Shown here one piece after another: positions 52,912 through 62,745 of a stretch of 64,000 nt of DNA; the stretch's first letter is position 1, and each line of letters starts with the position of its first letter. The stretch comes from a virus (Duplodnaviria; Caudoviricetes). Both the position numbers and the translations under genes were made by a program. The notes under the pieces are model-generated. The model saw only the letters and a list, made by a program, of their open reading frames with translations. It was not told the origin of the DNA and did no database searches. The stretch covers positions 4,985-68,984 of the IMG/VR virus record IMGVR_UViG_3300036647_000024. One strand, given 5' to 3'.

Positions 52912-54872
52912 TGGCACTATTAAATGATGATAAGTTAATTGATTCTAATAAATCTACTTATAAAGCAGAAGGTGTACAAATTCGTGTTGGAAACCCTTTT
53001 GCTCAGTCAGATTATGCTTTAATTATAAGTACTTATGAAAAAGAAATTTCTTATTGGCCAAAGGAAGACTATGCTTTAGCTTATCATTATAAGGATATTT
53101 ATTCTACTCGTAATTTTTCTGAACGTGTTCAAGAGCAGATGAACTATTATCCTGGTATTCATCAAACTTCTCCTGTTCCTGGGACAGATCCAATGTATGT
53201 AAATGCAAAAGGAATGGCAGAAGATAGATTACAATATTGGAATAATGTATTAGATAATCCAGATTCATTTATGAATGCTCTTCGTTCTGATGAACAAGAT
53301 TTTGATTATACAACTATTTTTGGTTCTAATGCTTCTGCTAAAGACAGAGCTACAAATATTGGCAAAATTCTTACTGAATGTATACCATGTTTTGGTAGAA
53401 AAGTTGGTTTAGATGATCTTCTTCCTGATTTAGATCTGTTAAATGTACATCTTGGTAATATAGGAGCAAGAACAGATCTGTTAGATCAAATTAAGAAGCT
53501 GTTTACTGATCCTGGTTCATATATTGACATTTGTGAACTGTTAAATTTATTATCTTCTCTTTGTCCACAAGACTTGTTAGCAATGCTTGTGTTGTTAAGT
53601 CAATATTTAGCAAAGATGAATTTAGATATTAGGTTTAATATTGATTTTATTATTAATTTAGTTGGAGCAATATTATCTCCATTCTTGAATGCACTAAGTC
53701 AATGGTTGGATAAATGGATTCAGATGATTCTAGATCCAATGATATGTGTTATTGATCATATTAATGAAGTAATTATCTTGTCTCAACAGTTCCAGATTCC
53801 TTTTAAAGAAGCAACAGGATCAGCTACTGCAGATTTAGGACCATTTGGAGTTGGAGCTGCAGGATTTAGTGCAAATGCAGGAGAAGAGTTTGATGCTGCA
53901 TATGTAAATTCTTTTGTTGGATCTGACAATTATACAAATACTCAAACATTTGATGCACCAAATCCAGCTGCATATAAAGAATCTAGACCAGAATGGCCAG
54001 CAGAAATAGTAGAAATGTCTGGTGATGAGGTTAAAGAATCTTGGAATCCTAGTTTTTCAGAAGAAGAACGAGCGAAAAGAAACGAACGATTTGAAGAACT
54101 TAGACAAGAAAACTTAAAAAAACAATATCAAAAAAATCTAGCACTAGATTACAAATATAGAAGACAAAATCCTCCTAATAGAGAAGAATATTATCCTCCA
54201 GAACAACAACCACAAGTAAAAGCAGGAAATTATTATTGGAATCCAGCTCCATTGGTTAATAGTATTGTCCAAATGCGAAATATTATGCAAGCTGCAGTAC
54301 AATATGTATCAGATTGGTTCTCATATGTTACTCAAATGATTTATGATCTTGTTGGTATGGATATAGGCTGGATGCAGAACAAAACAGGTTCTTCATTCTT
54401 AAAATCTAGAGTTATAGAACTGATTCTTATTATAAAAAGTATTCTTGAAGCTGTATCTAAAAACGGCCTTAGATGTGGGCAAGATTCTAACTTTGATATA
54501 GAACAAATGAGATTCATTTTTGAAAATGGATTAAACAAATATTCAAATTCTAATTTTAAAGTTTTAGATGATGGTTCTATTCAAGTAACTCCTCCTGGTA
54601 TGGATAATATTCCAGATGCAGAAGATTTATCAAATGAAATTGTTCGTCAACAAGAAGAACAAGCAAGCGGAGACACGTCTTCTACTAAGACAGGAGTAAT
54701 AAATGCAGGTCAAGATTTTGGAGATGTATCACTTCCAACTTCTGGAGAAGTTAAGCAAAAAGCTGTAAAATCAGGTATTATTATAAAGAATTGTTTAAAA
54801 GATTTGACTTCAGATCAAATTGACGAAGCAAAAGCATGGATAGCTGAGTATGAGAGGAGATCGAATGGTTGA
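52911..54872 (+). CDS. large hypothetical protein in the head module
   Basis: 653 aa with hydrophobic helical segments. Confidence 0.7.
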   Translation: MALLNDDKLIDSNKSTYKAEGVQIRVGNPFAQSDYALIISTYEKEISYWPKEDYALAYHYKDIYSTRNFSERVQEQMNYYPGIHQTSPVPGTDPMYVNAKGMAEDRLQYWNNVLDNPDSFMNALRSDEQDFDYTTIFGSNASAKDRATNIGKILTECIPCFGRKVGLDDLLPDLDLLNVHLGNIGARTDLLDQIKKLFTDPGSYIDICELLNLLSSLCPQDLLAMLVLLSQYLAKMNLDIRFNIDFIINLVGAILSPFLNALSQWLDKWIQMILDPMICVIDHINEVIILSQQFQIPFKEATGSATADLGPFGVGAAGFSANAGEEFDAAYVNSFVGSDNYTNTQTFDAPNPAAYKESRPEWPAEIVEMSGDEVKESWNPSFSEEERAKRNERFEELRQENLKKQYQKNLALDYKYRRQNPPNREEYYPPEQQPQVKAGNYYWNPAPLVNSIVQMRNIMQAAVQYVSDWFSYVTQMIYDLVGMDIGWMQNKTGSSFLKSRVIELILIIKSILEAVSKNGLRCGQDSNFDIEQMRFIFENGLNKYSNSNFKVLDDGSIQVTPPGMDNIPDAEDLSNEIVRQQEEQASGDTSSTKTGVINAGQDFGDVSLPTSGEVKQKAVKSGIIIKNCLKDLTSDQIDEAKAWIAEYERRSNG

Positions 54873-57033
54873 ACCTACAACTGATACTCCAGAAGAAATA
54901 AAAGATGTTACTGTTGATAAAAAGTATGTTTTTACTACAAAAGTAATTCCTTCTCCAGCTAAAGTATATACAAGTAATCTTGGTCGATCAAGAGTTCCTA
55001 ATATGGAATGGGAACCACCAGAATGGGATCTAGCAGAGACTGGTAGAATAGTTGATACTGAATCTTTTGTAAAAAGAGCATTTAAAGTAAAACAAAACTT
55101 ATTCCTTAAAGAAGGATATGAGTTTACAAGTTCTGATCCTAAACGTGCTGAGTATATAGATAATAGATTTAGGCAGATGGAATTTGCCACAGGCAAACCA
55201 TTCCCTATCCTAATGACAGAAACAATCGCATCTTTGATTAGATGTTCTAATGCCTTCTGGGTTAAAGTTAGAGATATCAAAGCTTCAGGTGGTAAACCAA
55301 GACAAATTGGTCGAAGAGAAATTGAGCCTATTGCAGGTTATTTCTTACTTCCAGCAGAAACAGTAAGATTTAAAAGAGATGAATATGGAAAAGTTAAAAA
55401 GTATATGCAGGATGTTTGGGGTCATGAAACTAAAGAATTTAAACCAGAAGATGTAATTCATTTTTATTTTAATAGAAGAGAAGGTTATTCTGTAGGGACT
55501 CCAGATCTAACTCCTGTTAAAGATGACATTAGAGCTTTACGGAGAATTGAAGAAAACATAGAACTTTTAATTTATCAGCATTTATTTCCACTTTTTCACT
55601 ATAAGGTTGGAACACCAGAAGCTCCTGCTCAAGTTTATCCTGATGGTACAGATGAAGTACAAAAAGTAATGCTTACAGTAGCAGAAATGCCTTCAGATGG
55701 TTGTTGGGTAACGCCAGAAAGACATGAAGTTAAAGCTATTGGAGCAGAAAGTCCACCAATTGCAGTAGAGAATGTAATTGCATATTTTAAACAAAGAATA
55801 TATACCGGTCTTGGAGTAAGTCCTATTGATATGGGAGAAGGCGGAACAGCCAATCGATCAACTGCACAAACTCTTTCTAGAAATCTTATTGATGACACTA
55901 AAGCTTGTCAGCAAGAATTTGGTGCACAATTCTTTACATTTGTTTTATCAGAACTTCTTATGGAATCTACTTTTGATGAAAAGACTATTTTTGATAAAGA
56001 AAACATTGTAAAACTTAAGTTTAAAGAAATTGACTTTGAAGCAAGACAAGCTAAGGAAAACCACCTAACTGATATCTTTTTAAAAAATGCTATTACTCAT
56101 GATGAACTAAGAATTAGTATGGGTATGAAACCATTCCAAGGAGAAGGTTGGCCTACAGGAACTAGTAAACGTCAGATGTTTTCTAAAGGTGATGGAGATT
56201 GGGCAAGAACAAATTATGGTCTTGTGGAAAGAGATAAAGTTATTCTTCAGTCTCTTGACGAACCAGGAACTCCAACATCTCAAGCTGAATCCCAAGCAAG
56301 AACAAAAGCAACAAGAAGTAAATCAGCAGGCGGAAATGCAGTTTCTAACAAAAACAAACCAACTAATCAACATGGAACTAGATCTTCTACTAAAACAAAT
56401 AAAGATTCTAACAACTTAGCTGTTTTTAGTTTACAAAAACAAAGATTTAATAATGAATATGAAGATATTAAAAATAATTTAATAATTAGAATTAGAAATA
56501 ACGGGATTGAAGAAAGAATTATAAAGGCTAATTTAGATCTTGCATTTCATGATAGTACTACAAAACTTATTAACTCTTGTCAGCATGCATATAGAGCTGG
56601 ATTAGCTGAAACAGGACATTACATTTGGGAAGTTCAAGCTCAACATATCGATGCTAAGATCCTTCTTCATGTAACAAAATATACTACAAAACTTAAAGAT
56701 GAACTTCTTATTAATATTAAAAAACATACAACAAACGAAAAAGACAATAGACAAGAAGATGCAGTGTTTGTCCAATTAATTTTTGATTCTCTTCAATATA
56801 GGGCAAAAATGATCGGTGATAGTGAGATACAAAGAGCATATAATTATGGTCTAGCAAGTGGATATAGACTTTCTGGATTTGAAGAAATGGAATCAATTTA
56901 CACTGGTAATGGAAGTTGTCCTATCTGTAAAGAACACTTTTTGAAAATAAAATCATCAGATGCTATAATTTACGAAGAGTTACCGCCACTTCATCCACTA
57001 TGTAAATGTTTGATGCGGATAACTAAACCATAG
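54850..57033 (+). CDS. portal protein with C-terminal MuF/SPP1-gp7-like domain
   Basis: GNAF-like SNAFW, DVIHF..G.PDL..V.DDI; C-terminal CPIC..LPPLHPLCKC. Confidence 0.8.
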   Translation: MRGDRMVEPTTDTPEEIKDVTVDKKYVFTTKVIPSPAKVYTSNLGRSRVPNMEWEPPEWDLAETGRIVDTESFVKRAFKVKQNLFLKEGYEFTSSDPKRAEYIDNRFRQMEFATGKPFPILMTETIASLIRCSNAFWVKVRDIKASGGKPRQIGRREIEPIAGYFLLPAETVRFKRDEYGKVKKYMQDVWGHETKEFKPEDVIHFYFNRREGYSVGTPDLTPVKDDIRALRRIEENIELLIYQHLFPLFHYKVGTPEAPAQVYPDGTDEVQKVMLTVAEMPSDGCWVTPERHEVKAIGAESPPIAVENVIAYFKQRIYTGLGVSPIDMGEGGTANRSTAQTLSRNLIDDTKACQQEFGAQFFTFVLSELLMESTFDEKTIFDKENIVKLKFKEIDFEARQAKENHLTDIFLKNAITHDELRISMGMKPFQGEGWPTGTSKRQMFSKGDGDWARTNYGLVERDKVILQSLDEPGTPTSQAESQARTKATRSKSAGGNAVSNKNKPTNQHGTRSSTKTNKDSNNLAVFSLQKQRFNNEYEDIKNNLIIRIRNNGIEERIIKANLDLAFHDSTTKLINSCQHAYRAGLAETGHYIWEVQAQHIDAKILLHVTKYTTKLKDELLINIKKHTTNEKDNRQEDAVFVQLIFDSLQYRAKMIGDSEIQRAYNYGLASGYRLSGFEEMESIYTGNGSCPICKEHFLKIKSSDAIIYEELPPLHPLCKCLMRITKP

Positions 57034-57046
57034 GAATATTAAAAAT

Positions 57047-59140
57047 ATGGCAAAACAAGTCTCTATATTTAACGATTATTATAAAATTGTACGTCCAACA
57101 GATTCTGTTATTAAAGACTTTAAAGATAGTACAATTGATGGTCAAAAGCGTGGTCTAGAAATTACTTTAGAAGCAACTCATTCTGGAATTATGAATCGTA
57201 ATATTAAGTTCTATATTCCATCAAGAATGGAAGATGGAGCTTTTACTTTTGTAAAACGTCAAAAACCCGCAAAAATTTTAAAACATCATGATACAGCATC
57301 TGATCCTGTTGGAATTATTACAGATGCAGAATATGTTCATACTATTCCAGAATATCTTATGTCTGATAAAAATGTACAAATTTTAACAGATAGTAATTTT
57401 TCTGTGTCTAGACAAATCTCTGCCGCCAGATCGTTTATTAAAGATGGATATCCTTTAAATGAAGATTTTAAAGGTTTAGGTTATATTCGTTTGAAGGCTA
57501 CTATTCTTGACAAAGAATCAATCGAACAAATATTAGATGGAAGGTTTGATGCTGTATCTACTTCTTTTAGATCTCCAGGTGGAGTTTATTGTTCTGAATG
57601 TGGTCAAAATTTAGTTAAAGATGGATTCTGTGATCATGAACCTGGTCAGTCTTATGAAGATGAAGACGGAAGCAAAGTTTTGTGTGGTCTAATTCCTTCT
57701 ACTCATAACTATCAAGAATGTAGTTTAGTAGTAGCAGATGCGGATCCATTTACTGTTATTTCTATTGGAGACTCGATAAATCCAAAGATATATACTATTA
57801 GTCCAGATGATTTAAAAAATGACTCAAAGAATAATATGTCTGAGTTTGTTTATGAGTTCAAGGACTTTAAGGAGGAAACAATAATGCCAAAGAAAACACT
57901 AGAGCTTTCTGATCGAGGCAAAGAAGTTCTAAAAACTGTTAAAGTTCTTCGGCCTGATATGGAAGACAATGCTGCAGTTAAGGTAGTTTCAGAAATTGAG
58001 GCACTTAGAACTCAGGATGGCACATTTATAGACCAAGAAGATGCTGGAATAGATGAGGCTACTGCTGTTCAATATGCTCTCGAAAGTATTGAAACTAAAG
58101 ATCAGGAAGTTAATGCTGATGAAATTTATGCAGAAATTGAAAAAGAACTTGATGAATTAAATTTTGGAGATGCAAAGCTTAGTACGGAATCACGGAAAAA
58201 GCTTTCTGGGAGTACATTTTGTGGACCAGATAGAAGTTTTCCGGTTCCAGATTGTGCTCATGTAACTGCTGCTCGAAGACTTATCGGTCGCTATAAAGGG
58301 CCTGGAAGCAAAACTTCTATTCTTGCTTGTATAAATAGAAAAGCCAAGTCTATGGGTTGCGATAAGAGTGGAGATTCAGTTGTAATTGAACCTAAAGATT
58401 CAGATACAACTATAGTTAAATTTGAGCTTCCAAAGTGTAATCAGTTGTCAACTTTATCTAATGAAGATGCTCAATCTTTGTTCGCAATGGCAGAAAGTGA
58501 ATTAATTTCACGTGACTTGAAAGTTCAGCGAGAATGTAGTAAGTGTGCTGAAAAAGAAAAAGTTGCACAAGATGCAATTGCTGAAAAAGATAAAGCCCAA
58601 AAAGAAACAGAGGAGCTTGCCGATCAACTTAAATACTTAAGAACTGAACTTCGTTTACAGATGACTGATTATCAAACCCTAATGAATGAACAAATTAATC
58701 TTGCAAAGAAGCTTCATGATTCAAAAGTTGAACAATTATCTATAGTTAGTGTTCTTAAGGGTGGTCATAAAGATATAGAATCAGCTAAAGAAGAGTTGGC
58801 TAATTCAGATATTTCAGCTCAAGAATTAGTTATTATGAAAGATTTTGATCTTGCTGATAGTGCAAAAAGACTTGGTAATGGAATGTTCAAAGAGACTGTT
58901 GCTCAAATCGCAGATCCAACAATTCATATCGATAAAGATATTGAAGATATAACTTCTAGACTCAAGCCAGCTGCTAAGAAAGCAATCTCTAATATTAAAG
59001 AGTACTTGGCAGATGGTGACTTAGAGCATGCAAAATATTATTATGATAAAATGGTAGTTATGGAGATCTTGGATAAAGAACAAATTCCATTTGATTCTCT
59101 TTCAGCAGATAATAATAGCGACGAAGACGCTGCTGAATAA
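57047..59140 (+). CDS. prohead protease/scaffold protein
   Basis: ATHSG..ILDGRFDAVSTSF..ECSLV..AD protease-like N-half; coiled-coil C-half; internal SD and ATG at 57884. Confidence 0.7.
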   Translation: MAKQVSIFNDYYKIVRPTDSVIKDFKDSTIDGQKRGLEITLEATHSGIMNRNIKFYIPSRMEDGAFTFVKRQKPAKILKHHDTASDPVGIITDAEYVHTIPEYLMSDKNVQILTDSNFSVSRQISAARSFIKDGYPLNEDFKGLGYIRLKATILDKESIEQILDGRFDAVSTSFRSPGGVYCSECGQNLVKDGFCDHEPGQSYEDEDGSKVLCGLIPSTHNYQECSLVVADADPFTVISIGDSINPKIYTISPDDLKNDSKNNMSEFVYEFKDFKEETIMPKKTLELSDRGKEVLKTVKVLRPDMEDNAAVKVVSEIEALRTQDGTFIDQEDAGIDEATAVQYALESIETKDQEVNADEIYAEIEKELDELNFGDAKLSTESRKKLSGSTFCGPDRSFPVPDCAHVTAARRLIGRYKGPGSKTSILACINRKAKSMGCDKSGDSVVIEPKDSDTTIVKFELPKCNQLSTLSNEDAQSLFAMAESELISRDLKVQRECSKCAEKEKVAQDAIAEKDKAQKETEELADQLKYLRTELRLQMTDYQTLMNEQINLAKKLHDSKVEQLSIVSVLKGGHKDIESAKEELANSDISAQELVIMKDFDLADSAKRLGNGMFKETVAQIADPTIHIDKDIEDITSRLKPAAKKAISNIKEYLADGDLEHAKYYYDKMVVMEILDKEQIPFDSLSADNNSDEDAAE

Positions 59141-59158
59141 TATAGGAGGTAACATATT

Positions 59159-60595
59159 ATGACAATTCCACGAGGATATACAGCAAATCATAAAGTATGG
59201 GATCGGATGGGTCGAATTACTCCTAACTGGGAGTGGTCAGAATCTCATCGCCCACACGCAGAATGGACAGTCGCAGGTTGGCTTCCTGTTCAGCGGTATG
59301 AAACAGAAATTGAAGCTTGGTTTACAGTTTCTGCTGGTAAAGTTGTTGCTGAAGACACAGAGGGACATCTTGTTCCTGCTGGTTTGAAGAAAACATTTAA
59401 CGTTGCTACAGGTACTACTGTTCTTACTTATACTGCCAACGATGTAGCTGCAAATGTAATCGACCTTACAACTGGTGTTGCTGTTGCAGGTGCAACTAGT
59501 TATACAGAAGCTCAACTTACTGTAGCTCTTAGAGAAAGAGGATTAATCCGACATACTCAAAGAGCAACTGACTTTATTTCAAAGCCAGTAGGTATTGCTA
59601 CTTATAACTATTACAAAGCACCTGGTTCGGATCATTATAACCCCGCTAATTTATATCAACATAATTTCAGACCACAGGCTTTAGTTGCAATTACTTGTGA
59701 CTATGTTGGTACATATCCAGTTCTTCCTGCTCTTGCTACTACAGAAGCAACTGCAAATAGAATGGGTGGAGCAGCTGGTTTAATGGAAGATATTTTTGAC
59801 GGAACTACAGCAAGAGAGGCTGCCGCAACTGGTTTCTTTAGTTCAACTCAGATTGCTCAGGTAACTCGATATGCAAGTCAAGTGACTGCAGGCGACGATG
59901 TTGTTTGTTTCTTAACTATAAATTATCCAGTAGCTCATATTACTGAAGATTCTCCAATCACAACTTCAACTGACGCTTGTCTAGTTCGAGAAGTTGATAG
60001 TATTGCAAGAATTTCTGCTGCTGGAGATTATTATATTGATTATGAAGTTGGCGCTATCTTCTTATATGAAGCTGGCGGCAATGCAGTTCCATCACCATGG
60101 GTAGCTGCTACAACTACAATCACTTACTATCACTATCAGGCTGAAGGTACTGCTACTAATACTGTTAGTACCTATGCATGTGCAACCGGTAATCTTGAGT
60201 ATGGTGACTTTTTAACTTATGATGCTAATAGTAACTTAGTTAAAGCTACTCTTGATATTTCTGCAGCTGAAGGCTATTCTAGTGCTTCTGCTGGAACTCT
60301 TTACAGTACAGATCCTGACTATGATGATCCTGGAACAGATGCTGCAATTTCAGCACAGATTGAGGCTGCTATTGATGGTCACCTTTTCGGTATTGTTGGA
60401 CAGATAATTGGTGTTAATACCTTTGGTGAAGGTCAGTACTCAAGAGCTTATCTTGATAGAGTGGCTACTGCATATCAAGGATATTCTGCAGCAAACATGC
60501 AAACTCCTGGTAGCGCAACCGGTGGACGAACAGACCAGCTTACTTATGCTAATGGCGCTGAGAGGATGATCCTGGTCAACCTAATCATGCGTTAA
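59159..60595 (+). CDS. putative head decoration/auxiliary capsid protein
   Basis: Thr/Ala-rich, directly upstream of the MCP, strong GGAGG SD. Confidence 0.6.
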   Translation: MTIPRGYTANHKVWDRMGRITPNWEWSESHRPHAEWTVAGWLPVQRYETEIEAWFTVSAGKVVAEDTEGHLVPAGLKKTFNVATGTTVLTYTANDVAANVIDLTTGVAVAGATSYTEAQLTVALRERGLIRHTQRATDFISKPVGIATYNYYKAPGSDHYNPANLYQHNFRPQALVAITCDYVGTYPVLPALATTEATANRMGGAAGLMEDIFDGTTAREAAATGFFSSTQIAQVTRYASQVTAGDDVVCFLTINYPVAHITEDSPITTSTDACLVREVDSIARISAAGDYYIDYEVGAIFLYEAGGNAVPSPWVAATTTITYYHYQAEGTATNTVSTYACATGNLEYGDFLTYDANSNLVKATLDISAAEGYSSASAGTLYSTDPDYDDPGTDAAISAQIEAAIDGHLFGIVGQIIGVNTFGEGQYSRAYLDRVATAYQGYSAANMQTPGSATGGRTDQLTYANGAERMILVNLIMR

Positions 60596-60612
60596 TAAGG
60601 AGGATAATTATA

Positions 60613-61887
60613 ATGCCAAAGCGAAAAAATATTAATTACTCTGAAGCATTTGGGGACGACAGGGACAACCCCAAGCTTTTCATTGATACATGGATGAACA
60701 ATGGCTACAACGAGCAAATCGGTGAGACATTGGAATTCAAGGATCTAATTGCTACTCCAAATGCTAATTACTGGATGCCAAAAGTTGTCGAGACAATCAT
60801 ACGTGAACCTGTCGAGCCAATGACTCTCATCCCATCTCTGCTTGATAATATTAGCTATAATCCATCAGCAAGAATTACTGTTCCTGCTATTGGTGCTTTA
60901 GTTGCATATGATCTTGCTGAAGGTCAAGCTTATCCAGAACAGACCTTACAGATTGCTCCTGGATCAATTACTGTTGATGTTCAGAAGACAGGTCTTGCTT
61001 TCAAGATTACTGAAGAGATGCAGAAATATAGCCAGTTCGATATTATGAATATGCATATTCGTGCTGGTAGACGGGCTCTTGACAGATGGAAAGAACAAAA
61101 AGGTATGCTTTCAATTTCTGGTATGGGAGTAACACTTTTCGATAATATTAATCCAACTTCTTCTGTATTTGGTACTTGTACAGGCCGTGGTATTGATGGA
61201 GCTGGCAATGGTTCTTGTCGAATGGAAGACCTTTTAAAGGCTTATTCTCATATTATGATGCAAGGTTATGTTCCTGACACAATCCTTATGCATCCTTTAA
61301 CTTGGTCAATGTGGTTAGCAGATCCGTTGCTTCAGACTATTGTTAAAAATACTGGTAATGGCCAGTGGTTCCAGCCTCATAATATGCCAAAGAGCGATCT
61401 CCCTTGGGCTAACGCAGGTCAGTCAAAAATGGGTAGAGCTGGTGGTTATGGTCCATTTACTCCTTCAGGAAATGCTGGTTCTGAAACACCAACTTCAGTT
61501 TCTAAAATTGACCAGAATCTTAATTCTCCAGCTGTTATTCCTGGATATTTCCCATATCCACTTCGGGTACTGGTAAGTCCATTTGTTCCATTTAATGTTA
61601 ACAATAACACTGCTGATATTATGATCTTCGACTCTAATAACCTTGGTGCTCTAGTTATTGACGAGGGCGTTAGTGTTGATCAGTGGGAGGATATGTCTGC
61701 TGATACAATGAAGGTTAAACTTAAAGAAAGATATGCAATTGCTATCTACGAAGAAGGTCTTGCAATTGGCGTGCTAAGAAACGTTCCAGTTAAGGCTAAT
61801 GAAATTGCTTTCCCATTGCAGCCAACCATTTCTGCTGCTGGGTCAATTTCAGCACTAGATATTACAACTGCTATTAGCGGTCTATAA
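60613..61887 (+). CDS. major capsid protein
   Basis: 424 aa after portal and protease; V.K.GL.F.ITEEM..SQFD HK97-like pattern; followed by a terminator. Confidence 0.85.
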   Translation: MPKRKNINYSEAFGDDRDNPKLFIDTWMNNGYNEQIGETLEFKDLIATPNANYWMPKVVETIIREPVEPMTLIPSLLDNISYNPSARITVPAIGALVAYDLAEGQAYPEQTLQIAPGSITVDVQKTGLAFKITEEMQKYSQFDIMNMHIRAGRRALDRWKEQKGMLSISGMGVTLFDNINPTSSVFGTCTGRGIDGAGNGSCRMEDLLKAYSHIMMQGYVPDTILMHPLTWSMWLADPLLQTIVKNTGNGQWFQPHNMPKSDLPWANAGQSKMGRAGGYGPFTPSGNAGSETPTSVSKIDQNLNSPAVIPGYFPYPLRVLVSPFVPFNVNNNTADIMIFDSNNLGALVIDEGVSVDQWEDMSADTMKVKLKERYAIAIYEEGLAIGVLRNVPVKANEIAFPLQPTISAAGSISALDITTAISGL

Positions 61888-61906
61888 TACCTAGTTATGA
61901 TTAACG

Positions 61907-61943
61907 AAAAGGGAGGAGGAGTGGGATCTCTTTCTCCCTTTTT
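61907..61943 (+). terminator. rho-independent terminator
   Basis: AAAAGGGAG...CTCCCTTTTT stem after the MCP. Confidence 0.75.
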
Positions 61944-61963
61944 ATTTTCTACAGGAGAATAGA

Positions 61964-62509
61964 ATGCGCCTTATTAGCTTGAAGCTTTCATCTAATTGTC
62001 CATATTGGTTTTTGGGTGATTTGATACGGCTTAACTATAAGAACAATACAAGTGAGTATATTAATATTGAAGAGCTTGATAATGATCTTAAGGCAATTTT
62101 AAACAAATCAATTAAAATGCATAATGTATATGCTTTTGATTATGATGGAAATAAAATTAAAAACATCGATGAAGTTAATCTTAGTCAGTGTAATCTAGAT
62201 ATAAATATAGAAGATTCTAATACAGAAGAAGATGAAATGCCTAATATTATATCTGTAACTGAAGAAGATGAAGAAGATATTAACGATTGTGAAATAAGTG
62301 AAGAAGATATTAAACAAGCAGAGTATTTATTATCTAAAAATGGTAATACAGTAAGAAAGACTATAAAAAATACCGTTGCAACAAATGAAACATTAAGTTT
62401 TCTTACTGCATGTCTTAATCTAGAATTATGTAATAAAAATAGAAATGGTATTATTAAAGTATTAAATGAAAAGATTGAGGAATATAATGCTAACAGAAAA
62501 TCAAATTAA
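61964..62509 (+). CDS. acidic hypothetical protein
   Basis: 181 aa; AGGAG SD. Confidence 0.65.
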   Translation: MRLISLKLSSNCPYWFLGDLIRLNYKNNTSEYINIEELDNDLKAILNKSIKMHNVYAFDYDGNKIKNIDEVNLSQCNLDINIEDSNTEEDEMPNIISVTEEDEEDINDCEISEEDIKQAEYLLSKNGNTVRKTIKNTVATNETLSFLTACLNLELCNKNRNGIIKVLNEKIEEYNANRKSN

Positions 62510-62729
62510 TAAAAATCTTGAAAAGAATTTTGAGTCTATAACTATTAAGGTTACAAAAGAAACTATTTGCCAACTTAGAGCTGAAGCAGAAAGACAGAAA
62601 ATTCAAAAAGCAGAAAAACTTGCAATGGTAATAGGAAATAATGGGAAAGACTTGCCTTCTGTTGATATACAAGAATTAGCTCAAATGGAAGATATAATGG
62701 CAGGATTTGAAATTACAGAAGGAGACTAA
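62466..62729 (+). CDS. hypothetical protein
   Basis: 87 aa; start probably at the second Met. Confidence 0.55.
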   Translation: MKRLRNIMLTENQINKNLEKNFESITIKVTKETICQLRAEAERQKIQKAEKLAMVIGNNGKDLPSVDIQELAQMEDIMAGFEITEGD

Positions 62730-62745
62730 TGGAGGTTAGCTCTTA

